DNA of 62,979 nt, the filler included, from Acetivibrio sp. (GTDB lineage: Bacteria > Bacillota > Clostridia > Acetivibrionales > Acetivibrionaceae): assembly GCF_035371925.1 (NCBI RefSeq). It is 3 parts of 3 records of this genome, joined end to end, with 100 filler letters (N's around TTAATTAATTAA, not from the genome) between each part and the next. Parts side by side here need not be neighbours in the genome. Positions count along the whole stretch, not along the records: positions 21,703 to 42,704 come from NZ_DAORXT010000052.1; 2 more parts are not named here. One strand, written 5' to 3'. Within the stretch, counting starts at the first letter, position 1. Every line of letters begins with the position of its first letter. The notes under the pieces are model-generated. The model saw nothing but the letters and a program-made list of their open reading frames with translations, searched no databases and was not told where the DNA came from. Positions 22,746 through 32,540 of this stretch are shown in pieces. The position numbers and the translations under genes are program-made.

Positions 22746-24026
22746 TTACATTTTTCCATTAATATACCTTTCCGCCATTATGCCTGCTATCGCTCCGTCT
22801 CCAACAGCCGTAGCAATCTGCCGGATTTTTTTCTCCCGGACGTCTCCTGCGGCAAAAACCCCCGGAATATTTGTTGCCATATCCTCATTCGTTAGAATAT
22901 ATCCCTGCTCATTCATCCTGACTTTGCCGGCAAAAAGCTCTGTCTTCGGCTGGGTACCAATATAGACAAAGATACCGTCCGCCTCTATTTCCTCAATTTT
23001 CCCCGTTTTTGTATTTTCAATGGTGACACTTTTTACAAAATTGTCACCGTTAACCTTTCGCACTTCAGAATTCCAAGCAACGCTAATGTTCGGATTCTTG
23101 AGCACTTCATCCCCGGCAGTTTTTGAAGCTTTGAAATAGTCATGCCTGTTTATTATTGTAACATGCTTTGCATATCGAGTCAAAAAAACAGCCTCCTGTG
23201 CAGCGGATTCTCCTCCTCCGACCACCAGCACATTTGCATCAAAGTACATGGCTCCGTCACATGTGGCACAATAATGTATGCCTCTTCCCCTAAACTCCTT
23301 TTCTTCCTCTACCGGAAGCCTTCTTGGAGTTGCACCGGTTGCTATCAGCAGAGCCTTTGCATAATAGTCCGTATCTTTAGCTATTACAAGCTTTTCTTCT
23401 CCTTCCGGATTTATATCCGATATTTCTTTGAGGTCATCAATGTGGGCACCAAAGTCTATGGCCTGCTTTTTCATGTTTTCCATAAGGTCAACACCCCTTA
23501 CAACACCGTTAGTGCCGGGATAATTTGCAACATGGAAAGTTGTAGCCACCTGTCCTCCAATGAGTCCTTCATCCACAACCACCGTATGAAGCTTTGCCCT
23601 GGCTGCATAAATTGCTGCAGTCAGACCTGCCGGACCACCGCCCATTATCAGAAAATCGCAATATACCTTTTCCCTTTTCTCCCCTTTACAAACATCTCCT
23701 ATAACCCTCTCTATGGCTGCAACAAACTCCCCGTTGCTTATGTAGCCGTTCAATCGGGTGCAAACCTCACTGCCTTCTTTATAGAAAAGAACCGTAGGGC
23801 TGCTCTTTACCTTCAAGCTTTCCACCAGCTGCCGGTTTTGTTGGCGGTAAATTTTAACAAACTTCATGTGCTTGCTGTATTTTTGCGCAGTCCTCTCAAA
23901 TATCGAAATAAAAGAATCGCAAACATGACAGCCTTCAGTGTAAAACAAAACAGCTACAGGAATGTCACTTTTCAATACATCTTTGTCAAAGCTTTCCATC
24001 ATTGATTCGACTATTATGTCATCCAT
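22746..24026 (-). CDS. Thioredoxin domain-thioredoxin reductase fusion
   Basis: N-terminal Trx fold with CHVC; then GGGPAG, CATC, GGGESA, PGVFAAGD. Confidence 0.9.
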   Translation of the reverse strand: MDDIIVESMMESFDKDVLKSDIPVAVLFYTEGCHVCDSFISIFERTAQKYSKHMKFVKIYRQQNRQLVESLKVKSSPTVLFYKEGSEVCTRLNGYISNGEFVAAIERVIGDVCKGEKREKVYCDFLIMGGGPAGLTAAIYAARAKLHTVVVDEGLIGGQVATTFHVANYPGTNGVVRGVDLMENMKKQAIDFGAHIDDLKEISDINPEGEEKLVIAKDTDYYAKALLIATGATPRRLPVEEEKEFRGRGIHYCATCDGAMYFDANVLVVGGGESAAQEAVFLTRYAKHVTIINRHDYFKASKTAGDEVLKNPNISVAWNSEVRKVNGDNFVKSVTIENTKTGKIEEIEADGIFVYIGTQPKTELFAGKVRMNEQGYILTNEDMATNIPGVFAAGDVREKKIRQIATAVGDGAIAGIMAERYINGKM

Positions 24027-24044
24027 AACATAGCCTCCCGAACA

Positions 24045-24656
24045 TTATTTTAGCTTTTCCAGTATATCCAAAAGTACTTTTCCCCTCGTAGCCCCCTCCA
24101 TATAGGTGACTAAGCTTCCATCTCTGTTTATGACATATGTTGTGGGAATACTGTATATACCATAGTACTGTGCAACGTTTCCCGTTGTATCCAAAAGCAC
24201 CTTCATGGTATATCCGTTGTCGGCAATGAATTTCCTTGCCTTTTCCTCGGTTTCCCTAAAGCCGTCGGTAAGATTTACTGTCAAAATTATCGCATCGTCT
24301 CCTTTTGAAAACTCCTTGTGCACCTCTTCAAACTCAGGCATTTCCGATGTACAGGGACCGCACCAGGATGCCCAGAAATTCAAAAACACAATCTTTCCTC
24401 TATAATCCGACAGCTTTACAGTATTGCCGTCAAGATCCTTTAACGTAAAATCCGGCGCCATTATCTTGTTTTCTTCTTCCGTTCCGCCATCCTTGTTATC
24501 AGCAGTGCCATCCTTATTTATATCTCCATCTATATCGCCTGCAATTTTGTCTTCTATATATTCTTCCGAATCGCTCCTGTTATATACGACATATGCACCG
24601 ATTATCAAAATTGCCAAAACTGCCACCCAAATTATAATGTTTCCTACTTTCTTCAT
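24045..24656 (-). CDS. Membrane-anchored TlpA/ResA-like thiol-disulfide oxidoreductase
   Basis: N-terminal TM, APDFTLKDLDG, LNFWASWCGPC, IPTT; start MKKV after GGGAG RBS. Confidence 0.92.
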   Translation of the reverse strand: MKKVGNIIIWVAVLAILIIGAYVVYNRSDSEEYIEDKIAGDIDGDINKDGTADNKDGGTEEENKIMAPDFTLKDLDGNTVKLSDYRGKIVFLNFWASWCGPCTSEMPEFEEVHKEFSKGDDAIILTVNLTDGFRETEEKARKFIADNGYTMKVLLDTTGNVAQYYGIYSIPTTYVINRDGSLVTYMEGATRGKVLLDILEKLK

Positions 24657-24678
24657 GCTCATCTCCCTTTCAATCATA

Positions 24679-25347
24679 TTATATAATATTAAAAAGTATT
24701 GCCGCTCCCAGTAATATCAGCAAAACTCCTGAAATAATATTAATAATTTTCATGTTCGACTTTATAAAATTGAATGCTTCTCTGATACTTTCAAAAATCA
24801 TGGCCGAAACAACAAAAGGTATGCCAAGGCCAAGGGAGTACACTGAGAGCAGCAGCAATCCCTCCGACATTGTAGCGGAATTGGCGGCTAAAGCCAGAAC
24901 CGAAGCTAAAAAATAACTTATACAAGGTGTCCATCCAAATGCAAAACAAAATCCAAAGATGACCGAACCTATAAATCTTAGACTGTCAAACTTGTACTCA
25001 AACCGTTTTTCCCTGTTTAAAAAGCCTATATTGAGTATGCCGGCAAAATTGAGCCCAAAAATGATTATCACAATGCCACTTATGATTTTTAAAATATCCC
25101 TATGATTTTTAAGAAATGCTCCCAAAGAAGTAGCTGCAGCCCCCAATAGCGTAAAAACAATTGTAAACCCCAGCACAAATCCAAGGGAATTTATCAAAAG
25201 TCTTCTTTTGTTCTTCCCGTCTTTATCTTCCTTATCGCTAAATCCGGCCAAATATGAAAAGTATGCCGGAAGCATTGGAAATATGCAAGGTGAAACAAAT
25301 GTCAGTATTCCCTCTGCGAAGGCTGTTATATAGACAGAACCATTCAA
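24679..25347 (-). CDS. ccdA: CcdA/DsbD-type transmembrane electron transporter
   Basis: SPCIFPMLPAY and GWTPC cysteine pair, about 6 TM; TTG start after GAGAGGTG. Confidence 0.92.
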   Translation of the reverse strand: MNGSVYITAFAEGILTFVSPCIFPMLPAYFSYLAGFSDKEDKDGKNKRRLLINSLGFVLGFTIVFTLLGAAATSLGAFLKNHRDILKIISGIVIIIFGLNFAGILNIGFLNREKRFEYKFDSLRFIGSVIFGFCFAFGWTPCISYFLASVLALAANSATMSEGLLLLSVYSLGLGIPFVVSAMIFESIREAFNFIKSNMKIINIISGVLLILLGAAILFNII

Positions 25348-25490
25348 ATAAACGCACCTCTCTCGCAAAAAACGTTTTTTTATTATTTACCACACAATCA
25401 AAGAACTTAATACATAAAATATGCTTTTTTAAAAAAAATCAACCTATTTATATCTTAAGGTAATGCCTCCTAAAACACAACACACCAATT

Positions 25491-25519
25491 AACACTTCTC
25501 TTCCCCGGTACATATAATA
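25491..25519 (+). promoter_or_regulatory. Putative sigma-K promoter
   Basis: AACA-N16-CATATAATA matches mACm-N16-CATAnnnTA. Confidence 0.6.
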
Positions 25520-25596
25520 TAGTAACCTGCTATTATTGGAACAGTATAGTACTTATGTAAACATTGGCAGGAATAATAAATCGGGAGGTAAAAGAC

Positions 25597-25767
25597 ATGT
25601 CAGATGTAAAAAAGCGGACAAATAATTCCGAGCTCTTGTTCTTTATTTTGATATTCCTTTTGCTTTTTTATGACAGCAGTGCAATAGGCGGCATTAAATA
25701 TGACTGTAAAGATGACGATTCAATATTATTCTTTATCCTGATATTCTTAAAGCTATTTTACTGCTAA
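25597..25767 (+). CDS. 56-aa hydrophobic peptide with internal duplication, putative spore protein
   Basis: GGGAGGT RBS; two copies of S.(L/I)LFFILIFL.LFY; downstream hairpins at about 25801-25870. Confidence 0.75.
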   Translation: MSDVKKRTNNSELLFFILIFLLLFYDSSAIGGIKYDCKDDDSILFFILIFLKLFYC

Positions 25768-25990
25768 AAGAGCTTTCCATTCCTCCTTAAGTTTATTTGT
25801 TGAAATCCTGTAAATTTTAAAAGTTTTTCACAGGATAATTTCAAAACCCTTCAGCAAAGGGATTCTTTTTTTAAAAAAAGGTTCTATCTTTACTCTCTTG
25901 CAAATATAAATTATTAGATAATAATTTTTCAAGACTTATATCTGTTGTAATATCAAGTTTTAAAAATAATATTGAAAGGATTGGGTTGTA

Positions 25991-26314
25991 ATGGTCGATA
26001 TCAACAAGAAGCTGTCTGAACTTTTGGGAAAAATGGATGAAAAAATGCTTGAGAAAAAAATAAATACAGCAATAGATATGCTAAAAAACGGAGACATGGA
26101 CGAACTTTCCAGAAAACTTAACAAGATGGATAAAAACGAGCTCATCGAAAAAATAAATGAATTTGACGAATCAAAGCTAAAAGAGTTTAACATCAACAAA
26201 GAAGAAATACGCCAAAAAATCTCCGATGCGGACCTTAGCAAGCTTTCACAGCTGCTCGGAGAACACGGTGACGAAATTGTCGAGAAGTTGAAAGGACTCC
26301 TGGAAAAAGCCTGA
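25991..26314 (+). CDS. Hypothetical acidic helical protein
   Basis: 107-aa ORF with GAAAGGA RBS; first of three co-oriented ORFs. Confidence 0.75.
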   Translation: MVDINKKLSELLGKMDEKMLEKKINTAIDMLKNGDMDELSRKLNKMDKNELIEKINEFDESKLKEFNINKEEIRQKISDADLSKLSQLLGEHGDEIVEKLKGLLEKA

Positions 26315-26392
26315 AATCCCAGACACCAAGTGTTGTAGCATAGTCTTAAGTACCGGAAGCAAAAGCAGGATATCCATGGGGGTGATAGGGTA

Positions 26393-26836
26393 ATGAGTGA
26401 CGATCTTAACAATAAACTAAAGCAGCTTGCAGAAATGTTGAACAGTAATGAAAAAATGTCCGAAAATCTTTCCGGTCTGCTTTCCATGCTTGCAAACTCT
26501 TCAGGCAACGAGAAGTCTGCCCAAGCAGCACCCAAAGAAGAGCCTTCCGATGATGGAGCTCCGATGAAAATAAAAGCCCATGATTCGCCATTGCCGTTTG
26601 ACACTAAAGAAAATGAAAGAAGCAGCGATGAGCTCCAGGATAATGTGGAAATGATGCGCAAAGTAAAGGATATCATGGACACCATGAGAAACATCAACGA
26701 CCCGCGAATAAACCTGCTTACTGCGATAAAGCCGTTTTTAAGCAGTAACAGGCAGAAGAAGCTTTCCAACTGTATAAGGCTGTTTCAAGTAACACAGATA
26801 ACAAAGCTTATGAGCGAGCCTGAAAAAACTATATGA
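26393..26836 (+). CDS. Hypothetical protein with DPRINLLTAIKPFL motif
   Basis: GGGGGTG RBS; C-terminal motif recalled from conserved clostridial hypothetical proteins. Confidence 0.75.
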   Translation: MSDDLNNKLKQLAEMLNSNEKMSENLSGLLSMLANSSGNEKSAQAAPKEEPSDDGAPMKIKAHDSPLPFDTKENERSSDELQDNVEMMRKVKDIMDTMRNINDPRINLLTAIKPFLSSNRQKKLSNCIRLFQVTQITKLMSEPEKTI

Positions 26837-26849
26837 AAGGGGCACTATA

Positions 26850-27230
26850 ATGACATACAAGAGGGATCCAAGATTCAGAAGATATGGTACAGCAGCGGCA
26901 CAAAACATTCCGTATACGTCCGATAGCAGTTTTGCCGCCGCAAATGCAGCCGACCTTCCGGCAAATACCTCAAGGGAAGTTGAAAAGATTCCTCTTCCAA
27001 ATGAAAAGGACGAACCTGTTTTTGATGCAATACCAACGCAAGCAAGAAAATCGCCTTTGTCGATGCTGTTTTCCCGGAGACTGCATTCGGATGAAATAAT
27101 TCTTCTTTTTTTAATATTTATTCTAATAGCGGAAGGAATTGATGATGACTTCTTACTGATAGTACTTATCTACCTTCTGGTGTCCGAAATATTTGAAGAG
27201 TTATTTCGTTTGCCGGACAAATCTGTGTAA
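26850..27230 (+). CDS. Hypothetical protein with C-terminal DEIILLFLIFIL..DDDFLLIVLIYLL motif
   Basis: GAAAGGGG RBS; hydrophobic acidic C-terminus. Confidence 0.7.
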   Translation: MTYKRDPRFRRYGTAAAQNIPYTSDSSFAAANAADLPANTSREVEKIPLPNEKDEPVFDAIPTQARKSPLSMLFSRRLHSDEIILLFLIFILIAEGIDDDFLLIVLIYLLVSEIFEELFRLPDKSV

Positions 27231-27531
27231 GCAATAAAAATTTTTCCGCAACCGAAGAATCCGATTTGAACCTTAAGTGTTATAAGGTAATCAAAATAAA
27301 TGAAGCATAAATCATATAGCGAGGTTACAACAAGTTCCCTCGCTTCTGCTCTTTTTCGCTTAAAAAAAATACTTTTCCTTAAATATTTTCCTTTTATTAT
27401 ATTTTCCCACATATAATAATTTAAATCAAAAATAGACAAAATAACAACAAATAATATTCTAATTCACACATTAACAATATTTAATAGCAATATTTAATTA
27501 TGAAAATAAAAATATTTTTTAATAAAGGAGA

Positions 27532-28242
27532 ATGGCTTTGCGAAAGAGGGTATTATTAGTCATTGCAACAATAACAATACTGTCAATTTTAAGTGCGTCC
27601 ATTATCTTTCGGGAGGAAATATCCCATTTGTACGGTTACAGCAAAGCTGCTTTGTCATATTACGGCTCAACCGGACAGGAAGTTAAAAATATTCAGTATA
27701 AACTTGCAATTTGGAAATATTACGATGGCAAGATAGACGGTGTCTATGGTTATAAGACTTATACCGCAGTCCGTAAATTCCAGGCAAAAAACGGATTGAA
27801 GGTGGACGGAATAGCGGGACCCGAAACTCTGGCGGCTTTGGGACTGCCTACCGGACAAGCCGCCAAAACGACGTCGGCTCAGCCGTCAAGCAACAGAAAC
27901 CTGGACCTTCTTGCCCACCTGGTTTACGGCGAAGCCCGGGGTGAGCCCTATATCGGACAAGTGGCAGTTGCGGCAGTTGTCTTAAACAGGACAAGGGACA
28001 GCAGGTTCCCCAATACAATAGCCGGTGTAATTTATCAACCGGGAGCCTTTGATGCGGTGTCTGACGGACAGATAAATCTTGCTCCCAATGAAACTGCTTA
28101 CAAAGCTGCAAAAGATGCATTAAACGGCTGGGACCCTACAGGAGGAGCGATATATTACTACAACCCCAGTACCGCAACCAGCAAATGGATTTGGTCAAGG
28201 AAAATTGTGAAGGTAATCGGAAAACACAACTTTGCAATATGA
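27532..28242 (+). CDS. sleB: Spore cortex-lytic enzyme
   Basis: Signal peptide, PG-binding domain (DGIAGPET), Hydrolase_2 GEARGEPYIGQVAVAAVVLNR. Confidence 0.93.
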   Translation: MALRKRVLLVIATITILSILSASIIFREEISHLYGYSKAALSYYGSTGQEVKNIQYKLAIWKYYDGKIDGVYGYKTYTAVRKFQAKNGLKVDGIAGPETLAALGLPTGQAAKTTSAQPSSNRNLDLLAHLVYGEARGEPYIGQVAVAAVVLNRTRDSRFPNTIAGVIYQPGAFDAVSDGQINLAPNETAYKAAKDALNGWDPTGGAIYYYNPSTATSKWIWSRKIVKVIGKHNFAI

Positions 28243-28280
28243 AAATGGCGGGAAAGCTTTATGAGGCTTTCCCGCCATTT
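28243..28280. terminator. Bidirectional terminator
   Basis: Perfect 15-bp stem AAATGGCGGGAAAGC / GCTTTCCCGCCATTT between convergent genes. Confidence 0.88.
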
Positions 28281-28281
28281 C

Positions 28282-29145
28282 TCATTCCGCTATTTTCTTC
28301 TTAAAATCCAGAAATACCGAGAAAACAGACATTACAATTATAATGAAAAACAGAGTTTTCACTATCCAGTTTATAAAGAACAAAAACAAAACCCTCAAAA
28401 ACACCATTGCTCCGCTTACAGGCAGCACAGAATTAAGATATATCATAAGAAACTCAAAGATAATAAAGAAAATATCGAATTTTAAAAACATCACAACGAT
28501 TTTCCAAAAATACGTATCTGCGGCATATTTGCCAATGGAGAAAAAGCTGTCTTTAAAATTAAATACTGCCGGATACCAAAAGGACATATAAATCCTAAAA
28601 AACATAATTCCAAAAAACAAAACCATCAAAGTAATTGCATCAAATAAAATCGTAAGGGCCAAAAGCTCTGTCTTGCCATCTAAAAGCGACCTTGTAATTG
28701 CTATGGAGGGTACCGATACTATGAGCATAAATACTGCAAACAATATCGAAAAAAGAATCACTTCAAAGGATATGACAGAAAGTCTCAAAAAATGCTTTTG
28801 GACTCCCTTTAGAAACTCCATCTTTATTCTTTTCCTGTTTGATAAAAAGTTGTTCATCTTGTAAAAGCATCCCGACAAAACAAATCCGCACATCAAAGCA
28901 GCAACCAATATTGCCGCCAACCCATAGAGGATATATTTTTTGTTGGAGAAAAGCCCCAAAACAATTTGAATAATATGCATTATGTTTTCCAGCATATTTC
29001 CGCCCTTAAAAGATGTAAGACCTAAAATCACCGGAAATATCAAATTATATTCCACAAAGCAATATAAAAATACTACAGCTCCAAAGGCAATAATTATATC
29101 CTGCCTTTTGCCCAGCTTTTTAATATTTGCAGTAATACTACTCAT
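28282..29145 (-). CDS. Multi-pass membrane protein of unknown function
   Basis: 287 aa, about six hydrophobic segments, GGAAGAAGG RBS. Confidence 0.75.
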   Translation of the reverse strand: MSSITANIKKLGKRQDIIIAFGAVVFLYCFVEYNLIFPVILGLTSFKGGNMLENIMHIIQIVLGLFSNKKYILYGLAAILVAALMCGFVLSGCFYKMNNFLSNRKRIKMEFLKGVQKHFLRLSVISFEVILFSILFAVFMLIVSVPSIAITRSLLDGKTELLALTILFDAITLMVLFFGIMFFRIYMSFWYPAVFNFKDSFFSIGKYAADTYFWKIVVMFLKFDIFFIIFEFLMIYLNSVLPVSGAMVFLRVLFLFFINWIVKTLFFIIIVMSVFSVFLDFKKKIAE

Positions 29146-29199
29146 GTTTAAAACCTTCTTCCGAAACTTTTTTACTTGTTTACGATTTGATAAACCATC

Positions 29200-31356
29200 T
29201 TAATTAACATCCTTCATACTCATAGATATCCTTTTTCTTTCCACATCAACATCCAGTATCCTGACTTTTACTATATCCCCTACCGCTACGACATCCAGAG
29301 GGTTTTTCACATATTTATCGCTAAGCTCCGATATGTGAACCAGCCCGTCTTGGTGAACTCCCACATCCACAAAAGCTCCAAAGTCGGCAACATTCCTTAC
29401 CGTGCCCGTCAATACCATACCCGGCCTTAAATCCTCCAAGTGCATAACGTCAGTAAGAAGTATCGGTTTGGGAAGCTCATCCCTTGGGTCACGCCCCGGC
29501 TTCAAAAGCTCTTTTAAGATATCTCTTAATGTGGGTACTCCAACGCCAATCTCTTCGGCAACTTTTGTTGCACCCTTTTTCTCAACTTTTTCCATAAGCC
29601 CGTCAAGTTTTCTTTGTTTCACATCTTCGATGCTGTATCCCATGATATCAAGAAGCTTCTTTGCAGCATCATAGGACTCGGGATGTACGGAAGTATTGTC
29701 AAGAACATTGTCCCCATCAGGTATCCTGAGAAAGCCGGCACACTGTTCAAAAGTTTTGTCGCCAAGCTTTTTCACTTTTTTCAGCTGTTCCCTCTTTTTA
29801 AACTTACCGTTGGTTTCCCTGTATTCCACAATATTTTTTGCAATTACGGAGTTTATTCCCGATATATAAGACAAAAGAGACGGCGATGCTGTATTTATGT
29901 CGACACCGACACTGTTTACGCAATCTTCCACGACACCTCCCAGTGTCTCGCCCAATCGCTTTTGATTCATATCGTGCTGGTACTGTCCCACGCCTATAGC
30001 CTTCGGGTCAATTTTAACAAGCTCCGCCAAAGGGTCCTGAAGTCTCCTTGCTATGGATACAGCGCTTCTTAAAGCCACATCAAAATCCGGGAACTCTTCC
30101 GCTCCAAGCTTTGAAGCAGAATAAACCGAAGCCCCGGCCTCGCTGACCACCATATAATAGACTTTTCTATCAATTTCCTTTAAGAGCTCCGCAACAAATA
30201 TTTCTGACTCCTTCGAAGCAGTGCCGTTGCCAATAGAAATTATGTCAACACTGTGTTTTTCGATAAGATACTTCATAATCTTTTTGGCTTCCTCAACCTT
30301 GTTCTGCGGAGGTGTGGGATATATTACAGCAGTATCAAGCACCTTTCCGGTTTCATCCACCACCGCAATTTTGCAGCCTGTTCTGTATGCAGGGTCAAGC
30401 CCTAAAACAGTCTTTCCCTTTACAGGAGGCTGGAGCAGAAGGTTTTTAAGATTGGCCCCAAAGACCTTTATCGCCTGCTCCTGGGCATTTTCCGTAAGCT
30501 CATTTCTTATTTCCCTCTCAACCGAAGGAAATATGAGACGCTCACAAGAGTCCGCCAACGCCTTTTCAACATATTCCGATGTTATTGAAAAAGGCTTCTT
30601 TACAAGTATGGACTTAAGGCGCTCCATTAGCGCTTCTTCGGGAATTTCAATCTTGACTTGCAAAAATTCTTCCTTTTCACCCCTGTTTATGGCAAGCACT
30701 CTATGACTGGCTATTTTTGCTGCCGGTTCAGAGAAATCGTAATACATCCTGTATACCGAGTCTTCATCCTTCTTCTTTTTGGATATAATTACTCCCTGCT
30801 TTATAAACACGTCCCGCACAATACTTCTAATCTGCGGATTGTCCGAAATGTCCTCAGCTATTATGTCCATAGCTCCATTTATGGCATCTTCGGTACTATT
30901 GACTTCCTTCTCGGGATTTATAAAGGGCTTGGCAATGTCCTCAATACTACCGGTTTTAAGTTCCTGGGCCATAAGAATCTGTGCCAAAGGCTCAAGGCCC
31001 TTTTCTTTTGCAATAGTTGCCCTTGTTCTCCTTTTGGGCCTGAAAGGCCTGTATATATCCTCAACCTCTCGAAGCGAAGCCGCTTTCTCAAGAGATGCCG
31101 TAATTTCCTCAGTAAGCTTTCCCTGTTCTTCAATCAGGCGCCTAACTTCTTCCTTCCTTGCCTCAAGATTCCTTAAATAAATCAGCCTCTCGTTAAGCTC
31201 CCTCAATACCTGGTCGTTCAACTCTCCCGTCATTTCTTTTCTATACCTTGCAATAAAGGGAATGGTATTGCCGTCGTCAATAAGCTTTACAGTGTTTTCA
31301 ACCTGGAATGGCTTGAGATTAAACTCTTTTACAAGCGTGGAAATAATATCTGACAT
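29200..31356 (-). CDS. tex: Tex family transcription accessory protein
   Basis: GNTIPFIARYRKE, LGLDPAYRTGCK, C-terminal S1 domain FGAFVDVGVHQDGLVHIS. Confidence 0.96.
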   Translation of the reverse strand: MSDIISTLVKEFNLKPFQVENTVKLIDDGNTIPFIARYRKEMTGELNDQVLRELNERLIYLRNLEARKEEVRRLIEEQGKLTEEITASLEKAASLREVEDIYRPFRPKRRTRATIAKEKGLEPLAQILMAQELKTGSIEDIAKPFINPEKEVNSTEDAINGAMDIIAEDISDNPQIRSIVRDVFIKQGVIISKKKKDEDSVYRMYYDFSEPAAKIASHRVLAINRGEKEEFLQVKIEIPEEALMERLKSILVKKPFSITSEYVEKALADSCERLIFPSVEREIRNELTENAQEQAIKVFGANLKNLLLQPPVKGKTVLGLDPAYRTGCKIAVVDETGKVLDTAVIYPTPPQNKVEEAKKIMKYLIEKHSVDIISIGNGTASKESEIFVAELLKEIDRKVYYMVVSEAGASVYSASKLGAEEFPDFDVALRSAVSIARRLQDPLAELVKIDPKAIGVGQYQHDMNQKRLGETLGGVVEDCVNSVGVDINTASPSLLSYISGINSVIAKNIVEYRETNGKFKKREQLKKVKKLGDKTFEQCAGFLRIPDGDNVLDNTSVHPESYDAAKKLLDIMGYSIEDVKQRKLDGLMEKVEKKGATKVAEEIGVGVPTLRDILKELLKPGRDPRDELPKPILLTDVMHLEDLRPGMVLTGTVRNVADFGAFVDVGVHQDGLVHISELSDKYVKNPLDVVAVGDIVKVRILDVDVERKRISMSMKDVN

Positions 31357-31571
31357 TTCAATCCTCCATGTATTAATTTCCTTCATTTATTATATAAGTA
31401 AAGCAATATTGTAATCAACCCCAATAATAAATTATAAGTTTAAAATAAGGCCGATTACAATACAGAATAAATTATATTGAATAAATACATGGATATTCGC
31501 AGAATTGAAAACTTGTTTTGGAAAGGACATATTAAAATATGTGTGATATCCTGAATGAATGTAAAATCTAT

Positions 31572-32504
31572 TTAAAATATTTTCTCTATCATAACACTGC
31601 CCTTTTGTGCCTCAACTTCATTCTTATCCACTACACCAATTTCCAAAAAGCGTGCATTGCTCATACCACAGGCTGACGCAAGCCTTATACATTCTTCCGG
31701 CGGCTTTTTCCTTGCAAGCCCTGCTGCAAAGCCTGCCACCATGGCATCTCCGGAGCCTATAGTGTTTACCGTGTCTATTGGCGGCACTTTTACTCTAATG
31801 CACGAATCCTTTGTACTTAGAATTGCTCCTTTCTCCCCCATGGAAACTATTGCAATATCTATTCCGCCGGCATTAATTTCCCTTAGAACCTCAACAATTT
31901 CTTCCACATCACTTAATTCTTTTTGAGCAAGGCTACTTAGTTCCCTTAAATTCGGCTTTATAACATGGGGTTTTGCCTTTATGCCTTCCTTCAGGGCCTC
32001 CCCTCCGGTATCAAGTATAACAGGAATATTAAAAGGTTTTGCCGCTTCGATAAGGGTCTTGTAGTAATTTGCAGGCACTCCTTGAGGAAGCCCGCCGGAT
32101 AGCACAACAACCTTTGAATCGGCCAAAACCTCTTTATAAACAGCAATAAACCTTTCCATATCCTCACCAGATATGAAAGGTCCGGGTTCTAACACCTCAG
32201 TTTCATTGTCTCTAACTCTGTCTATAATATTATTGTTTGTTCTTGTTTCACCGCAAACCTCAACAAATCTTGTACAAACACCAAGTTTTTTAAGCTGTGA
32301 TTCAAGCCAGTTTCCCGCTTCTCCGCCCTTAAAACCTATCAGACGGACATTTTCCCCTATCATACAAGCAACCCGTGCCACATTTACGCCTTTTCCGCCG
32401 GCCGACTTCACCATTTCCCGTACCCGGTACATTTTTCCCGGCTCAAAGTTGTCAACAAAATAAATTTTATCTAACGCGGGGTTAAGAGCCACAGATGTTA
32501 TCAT
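31572..32504 (-). CDS. 1-phosphofructokinase family (PfkB) hexose kinase
   Basis: LNPALD, GGKGVNVA, KPNLREL, NTIGSGD. Confidence 0.9.
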   Translation of the reverse strand: MITSVALNPALDKIYFVDNFEPGKMYRVREMVKSAGGKGVNVARVACMIGENVRLIGFKGGEAGNWLESQLKKLGVCTRFVEVCGETRTNNNIIDRVRDNETEVLEPGPFISGEDMERFIAVYKEVLADSKVVVLSGGLPQGVPANYYKTLIEAAKPFNIPVILDTGGEALKEGIKAKPHVIKPNLRELSSLAQKELSDVEEIVEVLREINAGGIDIAIVSMGEKGAILSTKDSCIRVKVPPIDTVNTIGSGDAMVAGFAAGLARKKPPEECIRLASACGMSNARFLEIGVVDKNEVEAQKGSVMIEKIF

Positions 32505-32540
32505 AGTGTCTTTCTCCTTGCTCTTTATGTATTGATATGT

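Noticed and set aside
23142..24005. 287-aa plus-strand ORF
   Set aside because: Antisense shadow of the Trx-TrxR gene; no protein-like motifs.
25960..26769. 269-aa minus-strand ORF
   Set aside because: Ser/Phe-rich antisense shadow of two plus-strand genes with good RBSs.
27315..27350. GCGAGG/CCTCGC hairpin before sleB as an ncRNA
   Set aside because: More simply a weak terminator for the upstream cluster.
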